Assembly: GCF_001194135.2 (NCBI RefSeq)
Contig: NC_068992.1
Coordinates: 29,911,640 to 29,963,790 of the forward strand
DNA length: 52,151 bases
Direction: 5' to 3'
Origin: Octopus bimaculoides
Taxonomy: Eukaryota
Shown: piece by piece, positions 36,813-49,840 of the stretch
How the letters are laid out: each line of letters begins with the position of its first letter
Numbering within the stretch: position 1 is the first letter of the stretch
Program-made: the position numbers and the translations under genes
Notes under the pieces: generated by a model
The model's input: the letters and a program-made list of their open reading frames with translations, nothing else
Database searches by the model: none
Told to the model about the DNA's origin: nothing

Positions 36813-37120
36813 GCAAGACATTTAGTAGTGTTTTTTATGTCCATCTTTTCCATTATAAATGCTTCTAACGTTTGCACAAGACCCATTTTAAGACAGGAGT
36901 GTAATTAGATTACATTAAGCCAAAAATTTACTAATTTTTTTATTGTATGAATCTAAGGAATATAAAGATCAAAGACGAACTTGGTGAGATTGAATCCAGA
37001 ATTTAATCAAACGTAACACCATACTGTAAAATATTATACCTGGATATTTGACGAGTCCACAGGCTAACTGTCTTTAAATTATCATAACTTGTAAGGAAAT
37101 ATAAATAATATGCTGAAGGC
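36813..37120 (+). repeat. Second copy of the 14371-14680 duplication
   Basis: See the 14371-14680 feature. Confidence 0.9.
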
Positions 37121-37589
37121 AGTCAAAGTCCAGATACCTGTATTAATTACGACGATAGATTAAAGCACTTGTCTATGATGCGGAGTAGCTGAATAAAATA
37201 GAGTTTCATAGCAATCTACGTAGCTAAACGATCATACTGGGATCTTTAACAACCACAGTCGAACCCTTTTCACTCGAAATCTATCAATAAAGGCTTGCGC
37301 TGAATTGGAATAAGAAAGAGTGAAAGAATATGTGGAAGAAGACGGATACAAAGTTAAGACATAAATCACGCAGAAGAAATATAACTCATAAAAAATATTG
37401 ACAAATTAATAGGATTATGAGCATAGTACTGTAATACATAACTTTTTTTAATTAACAAGCATAAATCTTGGAAATGGCACGTATTGGTAGAATAAATTTT
37501 CTTCTATTACTAACTCCAATTTGTGTCTTCTTAGTAACCAAACAATGAGTTCCAAGGATAAGAACTTTGTTTCCACCCCAACTTTGTTT

Positions 37590-38400
37590 GTCATAGAGGG
37601 AATGAAGGATGTCCCACACTATCAGACGGCCACACGTTGTTCACAGGGAGAACATTGATCATAAAAGCAATGTGCAGAGAGGGGTGAAAGAGTTTAAATT
37701 AGGGAAACCAATATTAAAGAACACCTCAGTGTCACATTATCGACCGCGACCATTAACATGAATCGCCAGTCAGTGAATGAATTGTTTCACCCGGGCAGAC
37801 GAGGCACAACACATAATCCTGGTTCACAACTGGACTGTAGTCTCAATGCATTAGACAAGATAGTGGAAGAATTTGGATAGACGAATGTGTGAGTATAGTG
37901 CGTACGTCAGAGTAGACAATCAATTTGAGTGAGAGATTGTGGAAGTCTGCTCTGATATGCTGGAGACTTCTGAACACCTCTCTTAATGTAATCAGTATAA
38001 CCTTCGGGTATTCATCTGACATGAGTAGAATTATTATCTTACCTGAACTGTGTAGTCAACAAACTATTATATATGAAACTGCGATAAAGTAGTGCATTTC
38101 GGCAGAAGCAGTACAATGATTATAGACGCAGAAAATCTAGAGCAGTAAGAATACTGCGACGGTTAATGCCATCTTTGTGAAGTGCAATGGGAGGAAGCAT
38201 GAGCAAATCCAAATTAACATTGGGATAAAATTGTTAGCTTTCGAAATGGAAAGCGTTGATTTTGAAACATGTCTGAGAGAAGAAAAAAAATTATGGTTTG
38301 CTACAACTTTAGAAAGAGTGGGTAATTTTCAACTCCAAAAAAAGTGGGTACAAGAGAGGGATTCTCTTACTGATTTTCCTGCATACTTGATGAGGCATCA
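37590..38400 (+). mobile_element. Highly degenerate RTE-like LINE reverse-transcriptase relic
   Basis: Scattered RTE-like motifs occur in the correct order across frames: DGHTLFTGRTLIIKA, YSAYVRVDNQ, LL*YAGD, VELLSYLNCVV, KLLAFEM (38231-38248) and KKLWF..LER. Confidence 0.5.
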
Positions 38401-39614
38401 GTGAGCATAAAGGAGGTCAGTATAGACGTGGGGAAAGAAGCTTGGTAAAAACATGTATCCTAATGGTAGAGATCATATGATAAAACTTGACTCGAATAGC
38501 AGCCGGTGGACAAATAAATTCGCAGTTATCTATTCATTTCTAAACCTGGGCACCGTTGCACTTGATCTTGTATTTTCTTTAATTTCTCAAGTTTACCTTA
38601 TTATCTCTTACAAGATAAAATATATATTACGCCGAGAGATATTTGATAAATATTTTTTGTAATTTAAATGCTAATAAACAAGCATGGATATTAAAGTATT
38701 TAAAAGGAAACAACTTCTAATAAGTTTCAGGTTTCTAAATTGACGAATTTATATTTAATGGATATAGAAATCTGCTGATATCCGATAATGGACTTAACAC
38801 ATATGTGTGAATATCTGTTAAATAAAATTCATCACGAAAGATCAGAGGTCGTTTTGTGTTGTAACTTTAATTTACATATAATTTTGACGGTTATGAATAA
38901 ATTAAAATGTTTTTAATAATTAACTTCGGAATTTTCATATGTTGTTCTGCTTTGAAACATACATATAAAATGTATATANNNNNNNNNNNNNNNNNNNNNN
39001 NNNNNNNNNNNNNNNNNNNNNNNNNNNNNNNNNNNNNNNNNNNNNNNNNNNNNNNNNNNNNNNNNNNNNNNNNNNNNNNNNNNNNNNNNNNNNNNNNNNN
39101 NNNNNNNNNNNNNNNNNNNNNNNNNNNNNNNNNNNNNNNNNNNNNNNNNNNNNNNNNNNNNNNNNNNNNNNNNNNATATATATATATATATATACATATA
39201 AACATATAAATAGAGAGAAGTCAATATGCGTAAAGATGTATAAGATAATCATTTCCTATACACATACATAAATCTATATCAAACACTAAAGAACTGATAG
39301 TACCGTGTTATAAATTGAACAGGCAGCTAAACACAAACCATACTCAGATAAATGAAAACACATATCCAAATGTCCAAATATACTTCTACACTTGGAGACA
39401 GCGATATTAGTAAAAAATAAAAATAAAAAAAAAACAGAGATGTTTTGACGGCAGTAAGAGTGCAAGATTTTTAAGTCAAAGGACGGCGTATGAACTTTGC
39501 ACGTTGCTCCCATGGGAAATACTTCATTATCTTCTAGTATTCCAAGTTGGCAAGTAATTCGAACCTTAGCGTACGTCCATTCATCCATTCATCCATCCAT
39601 CCATTCATGCATAC

Positions 39615-39667
<53 letters not shown>

Positions 39668-39966
39668 CATATATATATATATATACGTATACAGTACATA
39701 TGTATGTATGTATATATATTGCATTGTCGAACAGGACGTTCATCTTCTAATATACGTGCCAACAAATAGTGAAGCAGTTAACTCATGACGAATGATTCAG
39801 CGGTTATTCATAACATATAACTGGTTCAAAGCAACGAATGTTCCGCTGTGTATCCATGACAAATACTAAAATTTATAAGCATATTTCCTTCTAATCACGT
39901 CCAACTGCCTTAAAGATATAAAGTAAATACCTGGTAATATAGTTGTTATTATATATGAACAAATAA

Positions 39967-40372
39967 GGCGGTAAGCCATTAGAATTCTTAGCACCCCAGG
40001 CAAAATGCTTAGCTACATTTCGTCCGTCTTTACGTACGTTCTGAGTTCAATTTCTGCTGAAGTCGACTTTGCCTTTCATCCTTTCGGAGTCAATAAATAA
40101 GTACCAGTTGAAATCTGGGATGGATTTAATCGACTTATTCCCTTCTTCCAAAATTAGGACCTAATATATATAAACAAGTAAGAGCAGAAATATTTGCACG
40201 CCAGGCAAAACGGTTCGCAGCATTTCCTCCATCTTTACGTCAAAAGTTCAAATTCCATCAAGGTCGACTTTACCTTTAATCATTTCGAGGAAATAAGTAC
40301 CAGCTGAACAGAGGGGTCAATGTAATTGGCATTCGTTCACCCGAGGAATTGCAATAAGTGCCCCAATAATTG
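39967..40372 (+). mobile_element. Two tandem SINE family 2 copies (39967-40160, 40195-40372)
   Basis: Both contain (G)AGTTCAA..GTCGACTTT(G/A)CCTTT.ATC.TTTCG..AAATAAGTACCAG. Confidence 0.85.
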
Positions 40373-43300
40373 AAAACTTTACATATAAACAATTGATTGT
40401 TATTCTTTAAAACCTTACGAGGCCTGGGAGTGAACAACTCTAACAAACCGAGGCAGTAATTGAAGCATGCAGCGAACTAATACATGAAAGCTGTATTCTT
40501 CAGAGCGATACTACGCCATTTTCTATAGAACGTCATCATTGTTATTTCAACGTGCATCTACTGCCTCTGTTTGTTTACTTACCATGGTGCGCTATATTTG
40601 ATACGAGTACACAGACAAAATCGCATAAAATACATCCATGAATATACTTACGTATATGTACAAACACACAAAAGGATGTGTGTGTGTGTGTGCGCAAGTG
40701 CACGTGTGTTTGTGCGTCAGCGCGCGCGTGTCTGTGTGTATCATATATATATATGTGTGTGTGTGTGTATAGATATATATGTGCATGTGTATGTATGTAT
40801 ATNNNNNNNNNNNNNNNNNNNNNNNNNNNNNNNNNNNNNNNNNNNNNNNNNNNNNNNNNNNNNNNNNNNNNNNNNNNNNNNNNNNNNTATATATATATAT
40901 ATATGTGAATCTATATTTATGTCTGTGTGCACGTGTATGTGAAAAGGTGTGGGAAGTCTGTGTTAGATCTAAAGGTATCGATTACATATAAGTGCTCGTA
41001 AGTTTCATTATACAAATTTTTCCAAATACTTTGAAAACTTAAAATAACTTGTGCAGCCTTGACAGTAAGCAGTACATTCCACTTTAATACATGTGAAATA
41101 CTCCATTACGTTACAAAATGATATTCTTTATTCTGCTGCATTTTATTCTAAGGAGAAAATACAAACATATTATTATGGAAGCATACATACACACATACAC
41201 ATTCATATATATGTATGTGTATATTCACATAACTATACATACAAATATATGTATGTATAGAAATGCTTTTATTTATGTAAGTGTATATCTGTATACAAGC
41301 ACATATATACATATATGTATATATACATATTCTTATATATGTGTATGCGTGTGTGTATATATATATTGATACATATATATTTATATATAAATATATATAT
41401 ATACATACACACAAACTCGCACACACTCACAAATATATATATACATACATATATTCCTACGTACATAAGTATTTCTAATTTAATTATAATTTTAATAATT
41501 CATCACAAATATAAAATTTTGTTATTTGAGGGAAAAAACAACAGCGGAACGCTACTTATTGCTAAATGTTTTCGAATGTATACCATATATGGCTAAATCT
41601 CTGACTTTATGTTAGTTTCCTGCGTGGCACAATACAACGAGTCACTCATGCTTCCTCAATAATTCAATATGCAAGTTTTAAAATATATCAGACGGAATAA
41701 GCAATAGAACATAATTGATTTGGATAAATAAGGTATAGCATATTTCTGTATGCATAACTTGGTGATATACAAATTTAATTACAGAAACATTATGTAAAAC
41801 AAAGTAAAAATTTGATTTTAAACTGTTTATAAATATTTTGTAGTTTATATTCAATGTGTATTTTGATGCTGAGATTTTCTGAAGATATTCATTTGTATGG
41901 TGCATTACTAGACGTATTTCGCAATTAAATATATCCACTGAGTCTCTAGTATTAATTGCATCAGTACTGGATACATTATTCACGTTGTTATGATAAGAAC
42001 TAAGAATATCACGTTAGAGAGAAAAACCTAACTAGCTCAACAAATTTCCTAACACTCATTTCCTCAAATTTGGTTCCAAACAGTGTTGAATTTTTTTCAA
42101 CAGAGCATTTTATAAGCACAGTTGAGAGAAATGACATTTAAGGAAATATACTGCCAGAATATTTTGTGTCAAACCTACAGAATGAGAAACCCATCGTCCC
42201 CATGATCTCAAAGGCATACACGCAGGATTAGTGTTACACATAACGATAATTTACTTCTATATTTGTAGATGATGCAGTAAGCTTAGAAGTTTATTAAATA
42301 CATGCTAGATCTAAACCTTTTCACGCTTTGCTCTTAAAACTTAAATATATGATTAGAAAATTAACTGATATATGATTAAACAAACTCAAAAATATTGAAC
42401 CGATACGAAAACAGATTCTCAATATCTTTCTAAGCAGCACGTAATTGAGAGGACAGATTTATCAAGTGCATTCTTGACGGAGTGTGTAATTCCAATGTTA
42501 TTAATAAATAATTAACAGAGTTAAACCTGAATAGTTTTATTGCTAAAAGTGTCACAAAAGTTATAGCTATCTGTTATAGTAATTCTTACATTATTAAAAT
42601 GGATTCCCCGTTGGCCTTTATTTCAAAGTAAATGATATTATGTTGTTCAACTATAATTAAGTAATCAGGTGAATAGTAAAATTAGTGAATAGCAAAATTG
42701 TTGGGTAAAATCGCTCTAGATTTTAATTTCAGTGATACATATGTTAAGGAAATAATATCCAGCAAATCATTTGAAAATTCTCTTAAGTACAAGCAAGGTA
42801 TATTTAAAATACTTGTAACATATTATATCTGACTCGTGTGTTCTTTAAATATATAATTTTTAGTCGAAAGCTGATAACAAATGTAATTAAGTACATCAAA
42901 CAACTGATTTCCGCAGTCACGATGTTCCTGGATGTGAGGTACCTAATTTTTGATAGGTTGCTGGAGTAACCATTTGTTAAATGAGTGACAATTTTAGAGA
43001 GAAGATTGATGCCGATGCTTAGAATATATATCGATTTTATTGTTGAATATAAATCATATCAATGTGTTAACTAATATGAGGGACAATATTATTGCTCTGG
43101 TAATTTGAATTACGTAACGGAAGATAATATATGATGACTTGATATATGAGGATGGGGTCAAGGGACTGAGGATTCAGATGATTGAAAGTAAACACACACG
43201 CACACACAGACGAACACACACATAATGCAATATATTTTTATTAATTACTTTTTAATTCGATTAAATAAAATACAATTTTATATTGGAAGTACATTGATGA

Positions 43301-43442
43301 AATCACTTCTGCATTGGGTTGGAATGTGACTTTATTTTGTTTGTTACTGTATGACAAAAGGTAATTGGCCGAAATCGTATTGTGAATAACCAAAGAATAT
43401 TACTGTCATTGTCATGTATCCAACTGACTTTATTATTTTCTA

Positions 43443-43643
43443 CTCTAAGTACAACGCCCGAAAATTTTGGGAAGGGAGCCAATCGATAATCATACATTGA
43501 CCCCAGTACGCAACTGGCACTTAATTTATCGACCCCGAAAGGATAAAAGGCAAAGTCGAACTCGGTGGAATTTGAACTCAGAACGTAACAGACGAAATAC
43601 CGCTAAGCATTTGACCCGTCGTGTTAACGCTTCTTCCAGCCTT
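43443..43643 (-). mobile_element. SINE family 2
   Basis: ACTTAATTTATCGACCCCGAAAGGATAAAAGGCAAAGTCGAACTCGGTGGAATTTGAACTCAGAACGTAA..GACGAAATACCGCTAAGCATTT. Confidence 0.9.
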
Positions 43644-45058
43644 AAAAATAAAAAAAGTCAATGAAATATCGACGTCAGTGTAATAAGACATAGAGCTTCT
43701 ATGCCTTCATTGTCATACGTGAAAAAAAAATTGTTGTTACAATATCATCTTGCGCATGCATGTCATGCCCACATTATCTGTTGCTTGATTTTTTAAATGC
43801 AACTTAAGAAAGAAACAGCCGAATTGAGACAGATGCAATGATAAGGGTGTATGCAAATGAATGTGGGTGAGTTGCATTGGTGAGGCGCTGAGCCCATTAG
43901 AAATTGTGGTTTAGTTTGATGTTCTGTGATGGATAAGTAGAATCACCTCGGACAGAATTGGATGAATTATTCAACGAAATGTAGGTCCAGTTTTGAGCAG
44001 ACTTGAATTGAACAAATTTCCAAGGATGAAACTGAATACACAAAAGATTTAATCTATCAGATAAAAAATAGTTCGGCATCTCGAAAGCAATCAGAAATGT
44101 AGCCAAAGAGAAAAATACATTCTAAACAAATGAGATCTTGTTAATAGAACATTTATCTTCATTCAGTTAAATAACAGATTGCATTAGCTAGACCTTGCAC
44201 AGAATCTTAGAAAATCTAATGTAGATGATGAAGTTAATTTGATTGCCGGGGGTTAGTATGGAGAAATTAAGTGCCATTTCGTCTGCAAGTAACCATCTAA
44301 TGAAATCTGTTCGTAGATAAGGAAATGTAATTCTACATACTTCATGAAAAAAATTCAACTAACTGAACCAATGCTTCATGAATATTTATTTCATGAAGCA
44401 CATTGTGAAACATTTAGATAACGTGTCGATAATCATATTTCTGGTTCCTATCAGATCCTATTCAAATATTTCTAACGTTGTGTTTTCATTAATAGTCGCT
44501 AGATAATTATCGTAAAACGTTGAAATGTCACATCGTCCTGACCTCTTGTTGAATCTATATAAACGTCATTCAAAAACTTCAGATGAACCTATTGTTAACA
44601 GCCGCCGATAGATGTTGCCTGAGATTTTTGGAAATATATAAACTAATGATAAAAGCTATTATACGAAAAAATGATGAATAAGCAGATAGATTTTCCACAG
44701 ATAAGAATCTGTTATTTAAAAGAGAAAATTCATATAATAACTTGAATTGGGTTTTTCACAATCTTTATGAAAACATATATCGATTAAATGAACAACAAAT
44801 CCTTCGATAAAAGAACAGAAGCATTTTCTGTTTAAGATTGATTTATAGTGTATTGGGGAGCAGTAAGTATTAGATTATATATATTTTTGCTGTTGTTTGT
44901 AATGATACTTTCTTTATAAAATGTCCTTCTTTTTCGGAATGCAAGATAGCCAAAATAGCTTATCAATAGAAAAAATGCATTACACTATATATAATTTCCT
45001 ACCATTATGTGTCGAGTTTAAATGTCATCATTGTCATACTTATTTTGTGTGAATATAG

Positions 45059-45146
45059 TCAAACATGTGAATGAATATCTGCCGGTCGATATTCAAGGAC
45101 AGCAAAGAAATCTAGCTGCAACAGCCATGAGAAGAAAAACGTTCAG
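45059..45146 (+). CDS. Candidate 88-nt internal exon (xKHVNEYLPVDIQGQQRNLAATAMRRKTFx), product unknown
   Basis: TAG acceptor after ACTTATTTTGTGTG, CAG|GTAACG donor at 45147, and an open protein-like frame in an otherwise AT-rich background. Confidence 0.3.
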
Positions 45147-47542
45147 GTAACGCTTTTAAAACAAGCTCTTCCTCGGGAGAATGCGAAATATTAACATCGA
45201 ATGGCCTTTGGAGTTTGGAGTCTCTGTAGCTGCTTTTGGAGACCGTCTGTAGATATTACAGAGCCTATGCGCGCTAACAAAAGGAATACAATTATTATAA
45301 ATCATAAGCTGCAGTGTAAGGCTTCTTGGTTATTAGTCGAATGGTTATATTTTGCATGCGATTGATAGTTTAAGCTTGCTGCAGCTATACAATATGTCAT
45401 ATATTCAATGTAGATGTATAAGAAAATTCAGTCCTATTAACGCTATTACTTGTAAGAGTGTGTACAATTGTTGGGAAATTGAACGAGGTAAACAAATTAT
45501 TAAAATATACACCATGGTGTCACATGAGAAATAAATATCTCCCCCACCACCCTTTCAAGGGAACTCGAAAAATTTGTATTCGTACAGGCAATCAACCAAA
45601 CAAAAGCATAAATGGAAACGAAAGAATGTCCTGTTAGATATGAATTTCGTTCAGCTAAGCACAATCTAACGCTTTTCGCGGAAATGTGCGTAATAGATTA
45701 AATCTACCACAAATCTAAAAGGTATAGAATGAAAGGTTAGAAGTCAATGAAATACTTTATTGGAACAGATGAACTCTGTCAATTTACCCTATAGACAATC
45801 ATTATTTATCGAACAACAAAAATTACTCATCGTTAGTTTAGTAATGTTCATTTCTAAAGTTGGCACAAGGTTAAACATTTCATGAAGGGTAATAGTCGAT
45901 TAAATTACTTTTGAGCTCGAAATGCATTTCATCGACTTCAGAAAAATGAAGGTTAATATTCCTTTCACTCAAATCTAAACGGCCGTCAGTAAATCGTAAA
46001 GAAATACTTGAATGATTTTCGTCCGACACAATAACGAGTATGAAAATATATTGCGTTTGCTGCTCCTTTATACTGAGAGTTTAAGATGAAAATTCGAAGA
46101 CGAAAGAAGCCGTAGGTCACAGGGAAGCATTCAACCTCTGAACATCATTTCTCAGGCATCAGCTAGCTGCAAATTTTTACCATATCCCTTCACGTCATAC
46201 TCAGATGTTATTCAAAAACTTGTATTATGTCATTTCCATACCTATATTGCTGGGACATTCTCCAGACATGTCAATACTCATTAATATTAGGAATTGATAG
46301 GGTCTTCGTGGATGAGCGTACAATTTTATGTTCTAAATTTAAAAGTTGCATATTTAACACTCGAAGTTTACAAAAATGATGTAGAGTGCTATTGAAATTA
46401 ATGCAGGTTTTGTTGCTGTGTAATGATCTTATTATTTCAAATAATAATTCTAACCTTATAAAATCGCTGCAAATGATGGAAGCCAGCATTTTTCTTCTTT
46501 GATTCTACACTTTCAGTTATTTTGTTAATCAGGTATTTAAATTTACCAAACTTGCTTCTATTTTGTTTGTCGTATAATTATTTTGTTATTTTTCAGCAAT
46601 TATTTCGACTGCACATAATTTTCCAGGTGTTAAACTTTTGTTCCATCATATCCAATTAACTAAAACTTTTTTTATATTAAATTCAATCTTTCTTTTATTA
46701 AGTGCTGGAAAAATAGATTTCAAATTTTGTACGAAAAAATAAATGTCCCGTGTAATTTTAACTCTACTTTTAAACCACATACATGATTAATTCGAAATAA
46801 AGCCAATTTTTTTTCATACTATTTTGGTGAGGTTATACCACTTTCTCAAAATAAGCCACAAATCCCCATCCCACGTACGTTAATTGCTTTTTTTTTATGA
46901 ACTCTAGTTGTTGTAAATATGTTTCAGAACTTCAAAGTAATTCACTATTAGAACTACAACGATATAAATCTGTTTCTCACATTTTGAAACCACTCAATCT
47001 ATCATGAATTATTGTTGATTTTAATTCTTGGTTTTATTTAAGTGAAACATCGTAAACACTTACTTGGAGTGGCTTGCTAAACACATTGTACTACTGTTTG
47101 TCCACTTTTTAGTGCTTCCATTTTAAGTGAAAATAGATTTTATATTTGAAATTCATTTAACCTGTTGACATGCCTCTGTCACTAAACACGTTTTAAGTGT
47201 CATATCAAACATTTGTTTATCATTGTTTACTGCTAACAACACAAAATTTCACAGTATAACACAGAGTAACATATAATTTCCTTATTTGACAGCGAAAAGA
47301 CCTATGACTAACATGATCTATTACACTTAGCTTATCAGTGCACTAATCCGTAGTACGGTCTGTTTATAAGTTAATCATTATGTTTGAGAGAAATTACACA
47401 TGTAACTTTTACACACTCCTTGTAACTGACAGTTTACCCAGTGCAGAGAGTTTGGTAAACGGGACAGTTTTGTGAAGTTTATTGCAAAAGTACTCCTGTA
47501 TTTTTGAACATCAGACACAAAGCGACTTTGTAATGCAATATG

Positions 47543-47610
<68 letters not shown>

Positions 47611-47624
47611 ATATAAGTAACCAT

Positions 47625-47848
47625 GCAACCACATGTGAATCGTTTTTTTCCTTCGTCTTCCTTTTCTCTAGGATTTTCATCTGTCTCCTGTATCTGAAGA
47701 AAAGCTTTACTCAAAACATAAAACCACCTTTCTTTCCTTCCCTGAGCGTCGTCTGTTAATACTGTGCATGTACCACAACCTTGCGTTGTTGCTTGTTTCT
47801 TGTATGTGTTCTTCGTTTTTGGGGGATTTACTATATAAACACACTCGC

Positions 47849-47850
<2 letters not shown>
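47625..47850 (+). mobile_element. Short pyrimidine-rich element between microsatellites carrying a hammerhead relic (solo pseudo-LTR-like)
   Basis: GTAT-CTGAAGA-A-AAGC-TTT-ACTC-AAAAC-ATA-AAAC at 47690-47724. It is flanked by (TA)n on the left and (CA)n on the right. Confidence 0.4.
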
Positions 47851-47895
<45 letters not shown>

Positions 47896-48022
47896 TATAT
47901 ACACTAGACGAACTAGACGATATACACTAGACGAACTAGACGATGATCATTGTAATGTCTCTCAGCCATACATTTCCCCAACGAATATGTAACAATAAGG
48001 CAACATGATGATTATTATCATT

Positions 48023-48237
48023 AAGGTGATGTACTCGAAGAATAACTAGCACGCCGAGCAAATGCATAACGATATTTCATCCGTCTTTACGTTTTGTGTT
48101 CCAATATTGGAAAGGTAGGTTTTTCCTTACATCATTTCGGAGTCGATAAAATAAGTACCAGCTGAGTATTGGGGTAAATGTAACTGACTTACTACCTCCA
48201 CCGAAATTGCAGGCTATTCACAAATGCTTGAAACCAG
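48023..48237 (+). mobile_element. SINE family 2, diverged
   Basis: TAGCACGCCGAGCAAATGC..ATTTCATCCGTCTTTACGTT..TTTCGGAGTCGATAAAATAAGTACCAG, preceded by (ATT)n. Confidence 0.82.
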
Positions 48238-48977
48238 TGTGATGATTATTTTTCATTGACTTGAAGAGATCACTGTAAAACCCTTCAAGAATTTGCAACG
48301 AAGATGACAGGTTAGTTATTTTCAACTAATTTCTTTTCGATAAGAAAAAGTTTAACATGACAGATATGTCCTGCTGCGTGCGTTTTTAAGCACTGATTCT
48401 AAATGGAACATGTGAGCACCATAAAAAGCATTCACAGTTCATTCTTCTGTATGATTTTGAAATCTCACGAGAAATTAAAATTCAAGAAGAAATACGAGCT
48501 CTATTTTTAATGGTTCGAAATATCTATACTTTAACATTAACATTTCTTGACAAAAACAAAAAAAAAAACAAGGTAATCAATAATAGTATAAGAAATAAGA
48601 GCCAAATATATCTTACTTCATGCCATATCATAATATATAATGAAAAACACATTGGAATGTACTAATAGACACTTGTATATAGGCTAGGCAATCCGAGAAC
48701 ATATATACTTATAACTGAGAGCTAGTAATATAGGTTTTGTAGTTATAAATCTTGTTTAATATCACTGTTTCTTATTTTTTAATACTCAAAATAAGGGAAT
48801 ATTTAGACGGTGCATTATTTCTCCTTGTTTATTGCATTTCTAGAAGACAAACGTATGGGACAGAATATTAATGAGTTGTATAAGACGTTATCTTGTTTGG
48901 CAAATTACTGCTGAATACATAGCGTGCATAGTATGATTCAAATTAGAATACATTACACTAATTCTTTTTGTTTTTAG

Positions 48978-49076
48978 GCTGACTGGAAATTCCTATCATT
49001 AGTTATACAGTGTTTCTATTATTTAAAGATTATATTTATATCCAAAAGCATGCCAAACTGGAGCCACTTATTTTAA
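48978..49076 (+). CDS. Candidate terminal exon or pseudo-exon resembling the pre-M4/M4 segment of nicotinic (Cys-loop) receptors
   Basis: Textbook acceptor ACTAAT-TCTTTTTGTTTTTAG|. The phase-0 reading is ADWKFLSLVIQCFYYLKIIFISKSMPNWSHLF*, against the nAChR consensus (E/D)DWKFxAxVIDRxF. The DR pair is missing. Confidence 0.3.
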   Translation, partial: ADWKFLSLVIQCFYYLKIIFISKSMPNWSHLF

Positions 49077-49505
49077 AGTACTATTGCTATACAAACCGAA
49101 CACGCCGCACTGAATGTGATCTGGAAAGCTTTGAGTTGGTATCTTATTGTCCTATCGTATCTGTTATCTACCATATAGTAGATTGCTTTGTTTTCTAAAT
49201 ATATTATTCTTGAAAATGGCTGAAAATGCTTCTTTCTTAGAGACAGCCAAATTTAGCACGGTAAAAATAACTTGAAGAGAATACAAATTGATTTATCATA
49301 AAATCTTTTTATTTGATTTAACGAATATCTTCAAACATTGCAGAAAAATGGGATGGTGCTCTTGCCATCGAACTTGACTTCCTATAAGGAAAATTTTCAA
49401 ATAATCAAGTATTTTATAGACGGATCTTTTAGAAATACTTAGCAACATGTTTTACCTAACCTATTTCTCTTTATCTTATTCTCCTTCACTGTATCTATCT
49501 ATCTT

Positions 49506-49574
<69 letters not shown>

Positions 49575-49712
49575 ATACATATGCATATATATGCATATAC
49601 ATACATACATATATATATATATATATTTATATATATATGCATACATGTATATATATATATTTATATATATACATGTGTATATATTAATGTATATATATGT
49701 GTGTGTGTGTGT

Positions 49713-49755
<43 letters not shown>

Positions 49756-49840
49756 CTAAATAAATAGCCCGTCGTTGCCAGGCAATTTTTACAATATAAT
49801 GTCTTATATAAATTTTTAGTTATTCCATGCCAGAGCATGC
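49756..49840 (-). mobile_element. Probable Helitron 3' terminus
   Basis: Minus strand: GITKNLYKTL (compare Rep/Hel C-terminal TKNxVYxExL), then GC-rich hairpin GCCTGGCAACGACGGGC (49783-49767), then TTAG about 8 nt later, followed by T. Confidence 0.45.

Noticed and set aside
37474-37548. Signal-peptide-like MARIGRINFLLLLTPICVFLVTKQ*
   Set aside because: It stops after 24 codons, has no donor, and abuts the RTE relic.
39286-39588. Minus-strand ORF with a protein-like core (GILEDNEVFPMGATCKVH)
   Set aside because: No splice donor, no family motif, and it begins in a microsatellite.
43897-46489. Short ORFs at 43897-44106 and 46271-46489
   Set aside because: AT-rich frames with no recognisable motif or splice structure. 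They may be ancient TE debris but cannot be supported.
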